DNA of 64,000 nucleotides from Cyanobium sp. FGCU6 (GTDB lineage Bacteria; Cyanobacteriota; Cyanobacteriia; PCC-6307; Cyanobiaceae): NCBI GenBank assembly GCA_024958655.1, contig JANWUR010000013.1, positions 35,043 to 99,042 of the forward strand, read 5' to 3'. Shown piece by piece: positions 1 to 9,003 of this stretch (position 1 is its first letter; each line of letters starts with the position of its first letter). The notes under the pieces were generated by a model. It saw only the letters and a program-made list of their open reading frames with translations, ran no database searches and was not told where the DNA came from. The position numbers and the translations under genes were made by a program.

Positions 1-83
1 CGCCAGGGCCACGGCACGCCCGGGGCGGGCGACGCCAGCAGCAGCACCGCCACCAGCGAGAACAGGAACGGGGTGGAAGCCAC
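1..83 (-). CDS. 5' end of a probable secreted/membrane protein, continuing beyond the window
   Basis: GTG at 83 opens MASTPFLFSLVAVLLLASPAPGVPWPW, signal-peptide-like, with GC3-rich codons. Confidence 0.5.
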   Translation of the reverse strand, partial: MASTPFLFSLVAVLLLASPAPGVPWPW

Positions 84-155
84 AGCAGAGCAGGGGCTGT
101 CGCCTGGCCGGCAGGAGGGGGGCAAGCAGGGAACGCCTCTCGCCCCAGACCACCC

Positions 156-180
156 TATGGTTTGCCGTAGCTTTCGCTAC
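156..180 (+). promoter_or_regulatory. Candidate -10 box (TATGGT, 156-161) followed by an NtcA-type palindrome GTAGC-N4-GCTAC (167-180)
   Basis: GTA-N8-TAC with extended symmetry, over the expected transcription start and 14 nt before the ATG at 195. Confidence 0.45.
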
Positions 181-194
181 CAGCCAACACCGTC

Positions 195-278
195 ATGAAC
201 GAGGGTTCCGCGCTGTCGATGATCGGCATCTCCAGCGCCCTGTTCATCCTGATCTCAGCCTCCCTGGCGCTGCAGTGA
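195..278 (+). CDS. 27-aa hydrophobic small protein (MNEGSALSMIGISSALFILISASLALQ)
   Basis: ATG..TGA read manually; GC3-rich codons; one hydrophobic segment; below the ORF-track size cutoff. Confidence 0.45.
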   Translation: MNEGSALSMIGISSALFILISASLALQ

Positions 279-306
279 GCCGGGGGCCCGGCTCCTCAGG
301 CTCCAC

Positions 307-3300
307 TCACAACACCAGCCATCCGGCCGTGAGGGCCGGCGCCCCAGCCAAGGCGATCTGGAAATCCGCCGCCAGGTTGTTGTCGACGTTCCCTTCAAGC
401 AGGCCCTCACTGCCCAGCAGGAAGTAGCGGAGCTGGGCGGGCGCGGAGAAGGCAGCAGAACCGATGAACACGAACGCCTGGTTGCCTTTGAGGGAACTGT
501 GGGCATCAATCAGCGACAGGTCGATCCGATCGATGCTCTCCAGATCGGTGATCAGATCGCGACCGGCCGCACCAAGGCCCGCCTCTGCAGGTGAGCCATA
601 GCTGAAGCGATCGGCCCCAGGGCCACCGGTGAGACGATCGGCGCCCTCCCCGCCACGGATCAGATCGGCGCCAGCGCCGCCGTGGATCTGGTTGGCCCCG
701 GAGCTGCCGGTGAGTGTGTCGTTCCAGGCCGAACCCACCAGGTTCTCGAAGCCCGTGATCGTGTCGCTCCAGGTGCCGACGGTCCGCTGAGCCCGGGTGT
801 TGGCGAGATCGACCGTGGCGGGGGATGGGGCCGAGGCGAAGCTGACGGTGTCCACGCCCAAGCCCCCCAACAGCACGTCGGAGCCGGCACCGCCATCGAT
901 CGTGTCGTCACCGGCGCCACCGTCGATGCGGTTGTCGCCGCCATGGCCCAGCAACCGATCAGCGCCGGCGCCACCGATCAGGTTCTCGATCGACACCAAC
1001 GTGTCCTGGCCCGCCCCGGTCTCCTGGGGACCGGCGAGCGCGAGATCCACCGTGACGGAGGTTGTCATGCCCGCCCAGGATGCGGTGTCGATCCCCTCGC
1101 CGCCATCGAGACGATCGTTGCCGAGGCCGCCATGGAGGGTGTCGTTGCCGGCGAATCCCTCGAGGAAATCGTGGTCCGCGGTTCCAGTCAGCGGATCATC
1201 CGCTCGGCCACCGCGGTAGAGGTTGGTCACCCGGGAATCGATGCTGGCCAGATCCCAGCTGGAATGTCCCCACCAGCCGATCGACTGCACTGGATTCCAG
1301 GGGTTGGCTGACGTGTTGTCGCGGAAGTAGTCCTGAATCAGAACAGCGTTGGCGGCGCTGCTGCTGGATTCGACGATCTCCAGATCGTTGCCTACCCGGC
1401 GAAGAACGACCACGTCGGGCGCGAGCACGGAGTGATGGATCTGGATCTGGCCCGGATCGCCCTGGAGGGGCTGACTGCGGGAGGCGATCACGTCCCGTCC
1501 CACCTCTCCCTCAAACACATAGACGTTGCTGCCGCTTCCCCCATCCAGCCAGTCGTTGCCCATTCCGCCGAAGAGACGATCGTCGCCGTTGCCTCCTTCA
1601 AGCCGATCATTCCCCTCCATGCCGTGGATCCGGTCATGGCCGTCCAGACCCAAGATGGTGTCATCCCCGAAGTAACCGAAAAGGGACTGGGACTCGGCGG
1701 TCCCGGCGAGCATGCGGGCACGGATCTCTTCGTCGGTCCAGACGGTGCCGTCCTCAAAGCGAAACTCCTCCACAGACCAGCGCCAGAAGTCCCCAGGCAG
1801 ACCTCCCCAGAAAAAGGAAGTGATCTTCAAGGCGCCTGGGTCGCCATCGATCTGAATGTGCAGGTCGAGATCCCATTCCGAGAGAGAGCGGTAGAAGCGC
1901 ACATTCGCGGGTCCGATCCCCGGGCCGAACTGAACGCTGTCGCGATGGGGCTGGCCATCGCTGAGGTCGGTGATCACGTCTTTTCCCTCTCCGCGGCGGA
2001 TCAGGTAGGTGTCCGAGCCGCTGCCGCCATCGAGCGCATCGGAGCCGCTGCCGCCATCCAGCAGATCATCGCCGCCCCAGGTGCGGATCCGGTCGTCGCC
2101 GGCACCACCGCGGATGGTCTCGGCGCGGTAATCGCCATCGAGGAAATCGGCTCCTGCAGTGCCCTGGTTGAGGCGCAACCGCAGTTCGTCGGCACTCCAG
2201 CGGGTGCCGTCGGCAAAGGTGATCCAGCCGAGATACTGGGTGACGTGGAAGGGAGCGGGTGCGTAGTGCTGCCGAAAGGATTCGACGTACACCTGATCGG
2301 TGCTGCCGGCGATGCTGATGGCCAGATACCCCGACGCGTCCTGCTGGAAGACCAGATCCTGCGGGCGGATACCTGCACGGAAGGCGAGAGTGTTGTCGGC
2401 CTCCTGACCGGGAAGATATTCCGTTTCGATCCAGTCGATGCCATCGCCGAGGCCGAAGACGAAGGTGTTGCTCCCGAGTCCTCCGTAGAGATTGTCCCAG
2501 CCGGGACCACCCACGAGGATGTCGTCGCCACCATTGCCAAAGATACAGCTGCCGTACTGATTCCCCACCAGCAAGTCATCGGCATTGCCACCGATCAGCC
2601 CACCGGGTTCGTCGATCTGTCGGATCCATTCCTGGGTTCCGATCGCCAGCAACGGCAGGAAGAGGTTCTCCGGAGCCGACAGGGCGGCCAGGCGGGCCCC
2701 ATCGATCAGGGGTGCCATGGGCTCCCTTCCCAGTTCAAGAACAGCGGCGGTCAGGGCACGGGACTGGGCTTCCGGATTGCCGTTGGCCAGATGATCTCTC
2801 AACATCGCCATGCCTGCATCGACGTTGAGGACCTGACCCTCTCCACCCCTTGCCGGTTCCGGTTGGAACGCCGCGAGCATCGGTGCCAGGTCCACCTGGA
2901 GTGTGAGGCGTGCGGCGACACGGCGGCGCAGCGCTTCGAAGGCCTGCTCCAGCTGGGAAGCGCCGAAGGCATCCGGAACGGCTCCGTCGCGGTAGCGATC
3001 GGCGAAGAAAGCCTCGAGGGCCGCCACCTTTCGCCCTTCGGCGATCGCGGCACCGTATGACCCTGAATCGACGGACTGCACGCCCGCCCAGTGGAAGAGA
3101 AGGGAATCCAGCAGGGAGGAGCGGACGGTGGCATCTGCGGTAACCCAGTGCTGCACCAGATCCCTGAGCAGGCCTGATCCGTCACGGGCCATCGCCTGAT
3201 GCAGGCTGGGCACCACCCCCATGCCGGGGAGGTCGGGGAGGCCTGCCACAGAGGCATCGACCCTCTGGATGTCGAGAGCACGGCTCAGGGCAGAGTTGAC

Positions 3301-5085
3301 AGCGAACCAGATGTCGCTCAAGGCGCGCTGGTTCCCCGTGCTGGTGGTGTAGGTCCCGAGCTGGCGGTGGGCATTGCCCGCACCATCGAGCTCGCTGCTG
3401 ATGGTGTAAGCGGTGGAAAGGGAATGAACGCCAAGGGAACCGAGCTCGGAGAGCTCTCCCACATCCACCGCGCCATCGGCGTCACCATCCCGCCAGAGTC
3501 TCAGCTGACTCCAGACGGGATCGGCGGCATCGATGCGGCCGTTGCCATCGCGATCGTGGGCACACAGGGCCTCAAAACCGTTGTCGGCAAGGCTGCCGTT
3601 CGGCAGGAGGGTGTGGTTGCCGAAGAGTTCGGCGCCGGAGCTGATGCGACCGTCACCGTCGAGATCACGAACCAGGAGAGCGTCGTCCGACGCCACCCAG
3701 CCGGTGCGCTCGGCATAGCGGTTGCCATCGTGGTCGAAGAACACGCCCGACTGTTCCCAGCTGATCGTCTCCACGCCATCGCCATCAAGATCGAGAACCA
3801 GCGGGCACCCCTGTTGCGGCGGCGTGGGTCTGTCGAACCACTCCTGGAGCTGCCGCAGAAAGTCCGGGGTCCAGTCACCGGTGCTGTTCTGGAGCCAGGA
3901 GGAGAGCTGGGCACCGGCCTGATCACCTGCGATCCCGGCCCCGAGCACCAGGGCCGCCGCCAGGGCCAGGCCCCAGGGACCTGCGAGGAGGAGGGGAGCC
4001 AGCGCTAGCGAAGCCAGACGTCCGGCAGCGAGCGCCGAGGCATTGCGAATCGCCCAGTCCGTGAGCAGCCGCTGGGCGGAATCGGTGTCCCCGGCCTGAT
4101 GGAGGGTGACTGCCTGATGCGCCAGCAGGGCCAGATCGATCACATCCGCGGCAGCACCGAGATGATCGAGAACCGCGAGAACCCTTGCCAGATCAGTGGC
4201 CCGCCCATTGACGGCATGGCTGTTGGCCTCGGCGAGAAGTTCCTGGCGCACCTGGCGCAACGTCTCCACTCCCTGGGCATGGTCGGCAAGACGGGTGCTT
4301 GGCACAAAATCCGCCAGAGGGCGCATGGCCGTGGTGGCACTCGGAGCGACAACGGTGAGGTGAGGCTGATCGGCGAGAAACTGCCGTGCATCCACGGCCA
4401 TCTGCTCGGCCAGCAGGGGCATGCCCTGGTCGTCCACTGCAATGCGCAGTTCTGCCGCCCTCACCTCGGACTGGGCGCGGATCGCTGCAAAGGCCTGATC
4501 CTCATCGAGAGAGCGCAGGACTTGGATCGGGATTCCATCGATATGGGTGATCGATGGATTAGCCAGCAGAGCAGGTAATTCGGTCTGGCGGAACACGCGA
4601 TCTGCCGCCGCCCCGCCAGTGAGGGTGACCACTGCACCGCGGGCCTCACTCACGAAGCGTCGCGACACCTCATCCCAGATGCCGTTGGGCTGGCGGATGC
4701 CATCGACGCGAGTGCCGAAGAGAAGATCCGCAACGCGGCTGTCATTCTGGACATCACTTACTCCATAAAAAGCCCTGAGCCAATCAATAAGAGCTTGATT
4801 AGCGCTCGGACTGCCCTCACTGATATCAAGGAAACGCCCAGCCTCAGTAAAGTCTATAGCATTCACATCATTCGCACTCATTGCGATCTGCCGAGCCAAA
4901 GACGAGCCACTCATAAATCTTCTGTCTCCACCCAACCCCTCAAAAGGATAACCACCGCTATACAGAACAGTAAGCGAGCCTTCGGCAGAGACACTAATCC
5001 GCTCCACTAAAACCCGAAACTCATCCTCGGATTGAATCCCGGACAGAAGGTCATTAGCCTCCTGCATTGAAAGACCCGTTGCCAT
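307..5085 (-). CDS. RTX/hemolysin-type Ca-binding T1SS substrate: N-terminal ADP-ribosyl-cyclase-like domain, hydrophobic hairpin, FrpC-like self-processing module, RTX repeats, serralysin-type C-terminus
   Basis: Many GGxGxDxL nonapeptides; PLVLDLDGDG...TGWV...DDALLVRDLDGDGRI...GAELFG module; C-terminal DRIDLSLIDA...GNQAF; GAGG RBS before the ATG. Confidence 0.9.
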   Translation of the reverse strand: MATGLSMQEANDLLSGIQSEDEFRVLVERISVSAEGSLTVLYSGGYPFEGLGGDRRFMSGSSLARQIAMSANDVNAIDFTEAGRFLDISEGSPSANQALIDWLRAFYGVSDVQNDSRVADLLFGTRVDGIRQPNGIWDEVSRRFVSEARGAVVTLTGGAAADRVFRQTELPALLANPSITHIDGIPIQVLRSLDEDQAFAAIRAQSEVRAAELRIAVDDQGMPLLAEQMAVDARQFLADQPHLTVVAPSATTAMRPLADFVPSTRLADHAQGVETLRQVRQELLAEANSHAVNGRATDLARVLAVLDHLGAAADVIDLALLAHQAVTLHQAGDTDSAQRLLTDWAIRNASALAAGRLASLALAPLLLAGPWGLALAAALVLGAGIAGDQAGAQLSSWLQNSTGDWTPDFLRQLQEWFDRPTPPQQGCPLVLDLDGDGVETISWEQSGVFFDHDGNRYAERTGWVASDDALLVRDLDGDGRISSGAELFGNHTLLPNGSLADNGFEALCAHDRDGNGRIDAADPVWSQLRLWRDGDADGAVDVGELSELGSLGVHSLSTAYTISSELDGAGNAHRQLGTYTTSTGNQRALSDIWFAVNSALSRALDIQRVDASVAGLPDLPGMGVVPSLHQAMARDGSGLLRDLVQHWVTADATVRSSLLDSLLFHWAGVQSVDSGSYGAAIAEGRKVAALEAFFADRYRDGAVPDAFGASQLEQAFEALRRRVAARLTLQVDLAPMLAAFQPEPARGGEGQVLNVDAGMAMLRDHLANGNPEAQSRALTAAVLELGREPMAPLIDGARLAALSAPENLFLPLLAIGTQEWIRQIDEPGGLIGGNADDLLVGNQYGSCIFGNGGDDILVGGPGWDNLYGGLGSNTFVFGLGDGIDWIETEYLPGQEADNTLAFRAGIRPQDLVFQQDASGYLAISIAGSTDQVYVESFRQHYAPAPFHVTQYLGWITFADGTRWSADELRLRLNQGTAGADFLDGDYRAETIRGGAGDDRIRTWGGDDLLDGGSGSDALDGGSGSDTYLIRRGEGKDVITDLSDGQPHRDSVQFGPGIGPANVRFYRSLSEWDLDLHIQIDGDPGALKITSFFWGGLPGDFWRWSVEEFRFEDGTVWTDEEIRARMLAGTAESQSLFGYFGDDTILGLDGHDRIHGMEGNDRLEGGNGDDRLFGGMGNDWLDGGSGSNVYVFEGEVGRDVIASRSQPLQGDPGQIQIHHSVLAPDVVVLRRVGNDLEIVESSSSAANAVLIQDYFRDNTSANPWNPVQSIGWWGHSSWDLASIDSRVTNLYRGGRADDPLTGTADHDFLEGFAGNDTLHGGLGNDRLDGGEGIDTASWAGMTTSVTVDLALAGPQETGAGQDTLVSIENLIGGAGADRLLGHGGDNRIDGGAGDDTIDGGAGSDVLLGGLGVDTVSFASAPSPATVDLANTRAQRTVGTWSDTITGFENLVGSAWNDTLTGSSGANQIHGGAGADLIRGGEGADRLTGGPGADRFSYGSPAEAGLGAAGRDLITDLESIDRIDLSLIDAHSSLKGNQAFVFIGSAAFSAPAQLRYFLLGSEGLLEGNVDNNLAADFQIALAGAPALTAGWLVL

Positions 5086-5238
5086 AGTACCTCAATCGAT
5101 GGGATGAGAACAGTCGTTAAAGCGAACGCAAGACAAGATCATTCTTCGCTGGAGCAGCGGGCCTAGTCACCCAGGGGAAACGGCAATCTTCGCCAAACTC
5201 CCAAGCATCAAGAGCTCATCCAAGACAAAATAACAATG

Positions 5239-5649
5239 CTAAAAAAGAAAACTCACGACGCAATTCTTAGCGAGCTTGTTTTCTCTTCCGTCTTCACCGT
5301 AGACCAGTAACGCCTCCTTCAACACGCCTATCAACTCTTCACATTTCTTCCCGGGAGCGCATGTTGGCGAAATGGACAGCACTGATTTCCATACAACTCT
5401 AAATGGAACCTCGCTAAAGGCATGAGATCCCTTCCCTGGCTCTAAGTAAAGAACAAATGATTCACCTGCAAGAAAAACACGAAAACAGGTCTGGATTGGT
5501 TCGCCAAATGCCGGATTCCCCACCCTGCCGCCCCAGAGATAGAAATCGCGCTCAGCGTCGCGGGTCCAGTAGCGGCCGGATCCCTTCTTGAAGGGAAGCC
5601 CATAGCGGTCGATATCCGCGTCGGACACCACCTCATTCACGAACGGCAT
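5239..5649 (-). CDS. 136-aa hypothetical protein, candidate immunity protein for the downstream RTX toxin
   Basis: MPFVNE...WTRDAERDFYL...LKEALLVYG; GGAG RBS before the ATG at 5649; low GC; directly upstream of and co-oriented with the toxin. Confidence 0.7.
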   Translation of the reverse strand: MPFVNEVVSDADIDRYGLPFKKGSGRYWTRDAERDFYLWGGRVGNPAFGEPIQTCFRVFLAGESFVLYLEPGKGSHAFSEVPFRVVWKSVLSISPTCAPGKKCEELIGVLKEALLVYGEDGRENKLAKNCVVSFLF

Positions 5650-5865
5650 GGGAATCTCCGCTGCAGCTGCTGTGAAGGTCCCACCCTGCAGCCGGCCGAT
5701 GGGATCAACAGGAGGGTAGAGATGCCTGGCACTGAAACAAGGAAGCCGTGCAGCAGGGCGTAAGGGAAGGATCCGGAGCATCGGAGGACCAACGAGGAGT
5801 GGGGGATCGAGAAATCCACCTGCGCTGCAGCATTCCCAGCGGCGGTCAGCGCCCCCTCGATGCAC

Positions 5866-6582
5866 TCATTGCCTTCGCGGTGCCCCGCGCCGGGCGGCCA
5901 GCACCTCCTGCACCCGGCGCCAGTCCACGCCGTGGTGGGCCAGAGCCACCTGCAGATGGAAGATCAGATCCGCCGCTTCGCCGGCGATCGCCTCGGCGTC
6001 ATCGTCCTTGCAGGCCATCACGAACTCGGCACTCTCCTCGCCGATCTTCTTGAGGATGCGGTTGTCGCCGCCCTCCAGCAATCGATTGGTGTAGCTGCCC
6101 GGCTCCGGTCGCTCCCGCCGTCCCACGATCACGCGGCTCAGTTCCGTGCACACGTCCGCCGGTGGCGGCGCGGCATCGGCACCACCGCCGCTGGGCTCAG
6201 GTCCCTCGTCGTAGAAGCAGCTGCGCGCACCGGTGTGACAGGCCACATCCCCCCGCTGTTCCACCGTGAGCAGCAGAACATCGGCGTCGCAGTCGTAGCG
6301 GAATCCCCGCAGGGTCTGGATGTGACCGCTCGTGGCTCCCTTGTGCCACAGCTCCTGGCGCGAGCGGCTCCAGTAGTGCACTTCCCCCGTGGCGAAGGTG
6401 CGCGCCAGCGCCTCGCGGTTCATCCAGGCCACCATCAGCACGGCGCCGTCGAGCCAGTCCTGGGCCACGGCCGGGATCAGGCCCGACGCATCGAAACGCA
6501 GGCCGTCCGGGACGGCGGCGGGATGGGGGCTGGCCTCCGTTGATGCGGACACGGGAAAGCAGAAAGCTGAAGCGGCCTCCAT
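5866..6582 (-). CDS. hisIE: Bifunctional phosphoribosyl-AMP cyclohydrolase / phosphoribosyl-ATP diphosphatase
   Basis: [41 protein letters not shown] and EAADLIFH motifs. Confidence 0.96.
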   Translation of the reverse strand: MEAASAFCFPVSASTEASPHPAAVPDGLRFDASGLIPAVAQDWLDGAVLMVAWMNREALARTFATGEVHYWSRSRQELWHKGATSGHIQTLRGFRYDCDADVLLLTVEQRGDVACHTGARSCFYDEGPEPSGGGADAAPPPADVCTELSRVIVGRRERPEPGSYTNRLLEGGDNRILKKIGEESAEFVMACKDDDAEAIAGEAADLIFHLQVALAHHGVDWRRVQEVLAARRGAPRRQ

Positions 6583-6681
6583 CATCCCCATCGGGGGCTC
6601 TGGCCAGGGCGCAGGGCTCGGACCCTACGGTGGCGGCAGATTGCGTCGGCGCGCTGGCAGCCGCCGTCGAGCTGCCCCGTC

Positions 6682-7278
6682 ATGTCCCAGTCCGCGGCCT
6701 ACACCTGCAGCAAGCAGTTCAGCGGCTACCCCTGCTGCCACCGGCAGTGGCGCCACCGCGGGCACTGCCGCTTCGTGCATGGCTACAGCCGCAGCTTCAC
6801 CGTGTGGTTCGGCGCCCGCGAGCTCGACCGCCACGGCTTCGTGGTGGATTTCTCCAGCCTCCGCGATCTCGAGGCCCGGCTGGCGGATCAGTTCGACCAC
6901 ACCTTCCTCGCCAACGCCGACGACCCCCTGCTCGATCGCTGGCGCGCCCTGCACGACGAAGGCGCCCTCGATCTGCGCGTGATGGACAACGTGGGCATGG
7001 AGGCCAGCGCCGCCCTGGTATGGCAGTGGGCGAACGAGCTGCTGCTGGCCCGCGACGGCGGCCGCACCTGCTGCTGGCGGGTGGAGGCGCGCGAAAACGA
7101 GAAGAACGCCGCCTGCTACACCGCCACACCCGAGTGGTTCCATGCCCCCTCGGCCCTCGCGGCCGATGAGGAGCTCTACCCCGAAGGCCCCCTGCCGGTT
7201 CCCTCCTACACCGATCCGGCCCAGGGCTACGGCGCCGACGAGTCCCCGGATGGCTCGGGGCTCTGGGAAGCCCCCTGA
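6682..7278 (+). CDS. queD: 6-carboxytetrahydropterin synthase / PTPS family
   Basis: CCHRQW...HCRFVHGYSRSF, GFVVDFS...FDHTFL; T-fold signature. Confidence 0.8.
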   Translation: MSQSAAYTCSKQFSGYPCCHRQWRHRGHCRFVHGYSRSFTVWFGARELDRHGFVVDFSSLRDLEARLADQFDHTFLANADDPLLDRWRALHDEGALDLRVMDNVGMEASAALVWQWANELLLARDGGRTCCWRVEARENEKNAACYTATPEWFHAPSALAADEELYPEGPLPVPSYTDPAQGYGADESPDGSGLWEAP

Positions 7279-7288
7279 GAACCATCCC

Positions 7289-8272
7289 TTGGGTCCCGCA
7301 CGCCTGGCCACCATCTGGGCCCTGTTCCAGGGCCTGCTCCTGGAGGCCCTCCCCTTCCTGGTGATCGGCGTGCTGATCTCCGCCACCGCCCGCTGGCTGG
7401 CGCCGGGCGGGCGCTGGCTGCAGCGTCTGCCGCGCCATTCCCTGCTCGGACCGCTCACCGGCGCCGCCCTCGGCTTCGCCCTGCCCGCCTGCGAATGCGG
7501 CAACGTGCCTGTGGCCCGCCAATTGATGGTGGGCGGGGCCCCGATGGGCACGGCGCTGGGCTTCCTGTTCGCCGCCCCGGTGCTCAACCCGATCGTGCTG
7601 GCGGGCACCTGGGCCGCCTTCCCCGATCAGCCCTGGCTGCTGGTGGCCCGTCCCCTGGGCGCCGTGGTGGTGGCGGTGGGTCTGGCCCTGCTGCTGCCGC
7701 TGCTGCCGGAAGGGGAGCTGCTGCAGGCCGATCTGCTGGCCGAACGGCGACTCGTTCAACCCCTGAAGGAGGTGAGCCTACTCGAACGCCGCGGCGGGCT
7801 GGTGGGTGGCGGACTGCAGGAAGCCCAGGCGCTGGCCCGCAGCGGCAGGTCGGCTTCCCCGGTGAGGCCTCCGGTGGGCGAGGCCGTGCAGCACGCGGCG
7901 CGGGAATTCCTCGAGCTGGCCCTGCTGCTGGTGATCGGCTGCCTGATCGCGGCGGCGGTCCAGTCGCTGGTGCCCCGGGCCTGGCTGCTGGCCGTGGGCG
8001 GGGCGCCCACCCTTTCGATCCTGGCCCTGATGCTGCTGGCGATGGTGGTGTCGGTGTGCTCCAGCGTCGATGCCTTCCTGGCCCTCGGCTTCGCCGCCCA
8101 GGTCACCCCTGGCGCGCTGCTCGCCTTCCTGCTGCTCGGCCCGGTGATCGACCTGAAGCTCGTCGGCCTGCTGGGGTTGCTCTTCCGGCCCCGCGGCCTG
8201 ATCCTCACCACCGCCGGCGCCTGCCTGTTCGTGCTGCTGATCGGCCAGTGGATCAACCTGTGGCGCCTGTGA
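7289..8272 (+). CDS. DUF318 family metal permease
   Basis: EALPFL, PACECGNVP and SVCSSVDAF motifs; multiple TM helices; likely TTG start at 7289. Confidence 0.85.
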   Translation: MGPARLATIWALFQGLLLEALPFLVIGVLISATARWLAPGGRWLQRLPRHSLLGPLTGAALGFALPACECGNVPVARQLMVGGAPMGTALGFLFAAPVLNPIVLAGTWAAFPDQPWLLVARPLGAVVVAVGLALLLPLLPEGELLQADLLAERRLVQPLKEVSLLERRGGLVGGGLQEAQALARSGRSASPVRPPVGEAVQHAAREFLELALLLVIGCLIAAAVQSLVPRAWLLAVGGAPTLSILALMLLAMVVSVCSSVDAFLALGFAAQVTPGALLAFLLLGPVIDLKLVGLLGLLFRPRGLILTTAGACLFVLLIGQWINLWRL

Positions 8273-8988
8273 TCCCCACGGTTCCGCTGCTGCGGCGAGC
8301 GGCCACCTGGCGCGCCGGGGCCCTGGCCCTCTGGGCCGCCGTGATGCTCCACAGCGCCTTCGACGGTCGCCTCCATCTCCTGCTGCGCGCGATGTATCAC
8401 CCCCTGGTGCCGCTCACCGGGGTTCTGCTGGCCGCCCTGGCCCTGCTGCAGCTGCGTCAGGCCACCCGAGCATCCGAGCAGCGGCGACCTGGTACCGGCC
8501 GCCAGGGGCTGGCCACCGCCGCCACCGCCCTGGTGGCCGTCCTGGTGCTGGCCTTGCCACCCACCCCCTCGTTCGCCGATCTGGCCGGCCAACGCCCCCC
8601 CGATGCAACCGGCGACGACGGTCTCTCGTTCGTGCTGCCGCCCCTGGAGCGCAGCCTCACCGACTGGTCGCGCCTGCTCGCCAGCCAGCCCGATCCCCAC
8701 CTGTTCGAAGGCGATCCGGTGAGGATCAGCGGCTTCGTGCTGCCCATCGATGGGCAATCTCCCCAGCTGGCCCGGCTGCGGGTGCGCTGCTGCCTGGCCG
8801 ACGCCTCACCGGTGGGGCTGCCGGTGCGCTGGCCCCGCGGCCCGGTGCCGGCGGCGGATCTGTGGCTGGCGATCGAGGGAACGATGGCGGTGGAACCTGA
8901 TCCTGCGGCCCGTGGCAGGGAGCGCCTGGTGGTGGTCCCCCAGCGCATCCGCCCGATTCCTCGGCCGCGCCGGCCCCTCGAGCCCTGA
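8269..8988 (+). CDS. TIGR03943/DUF1980 putative permease subunit
   Basis: GDPVRISGFV...LARLRVRCCLADASPVG; GTG start overlaps the upstream stop (GTGA). Confidence 0.85.
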   Translation: MIPTVPLLRRAATWRAGALALWAAVMLHSAFDGRLHLLLRAMYHPLVPLTGVLLAALALLQLRQATRASEQRRPGTGRQGLATAATALVAVLVLALPPTPSFADLAGQRPPDATGDDGLSFVLPPLERSLTDWSRLLASQPDPHLFEGDPVRISGFVLPIDGQSPQLARLRVRCCLADASPVGLPVRWPRGPVPAADLWLAIEGTMAVEPDPAARGRERLVVVPQRIRPIPRPRRPLEP

Positions 8989-9003
8989 ACGGAGGCCGCC
9001 CGG

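Noticed and set aside
682-4578. Long plus-strand ORFs (e.g. 1432-3060, 542 aa) opposite the RTX gene
   Set aside because: Antisense shadows of GC3-biased coding sequence; no motifs. The same applies to 27052-29775, 39723-41276, 53455-55662 and 55521-58187.
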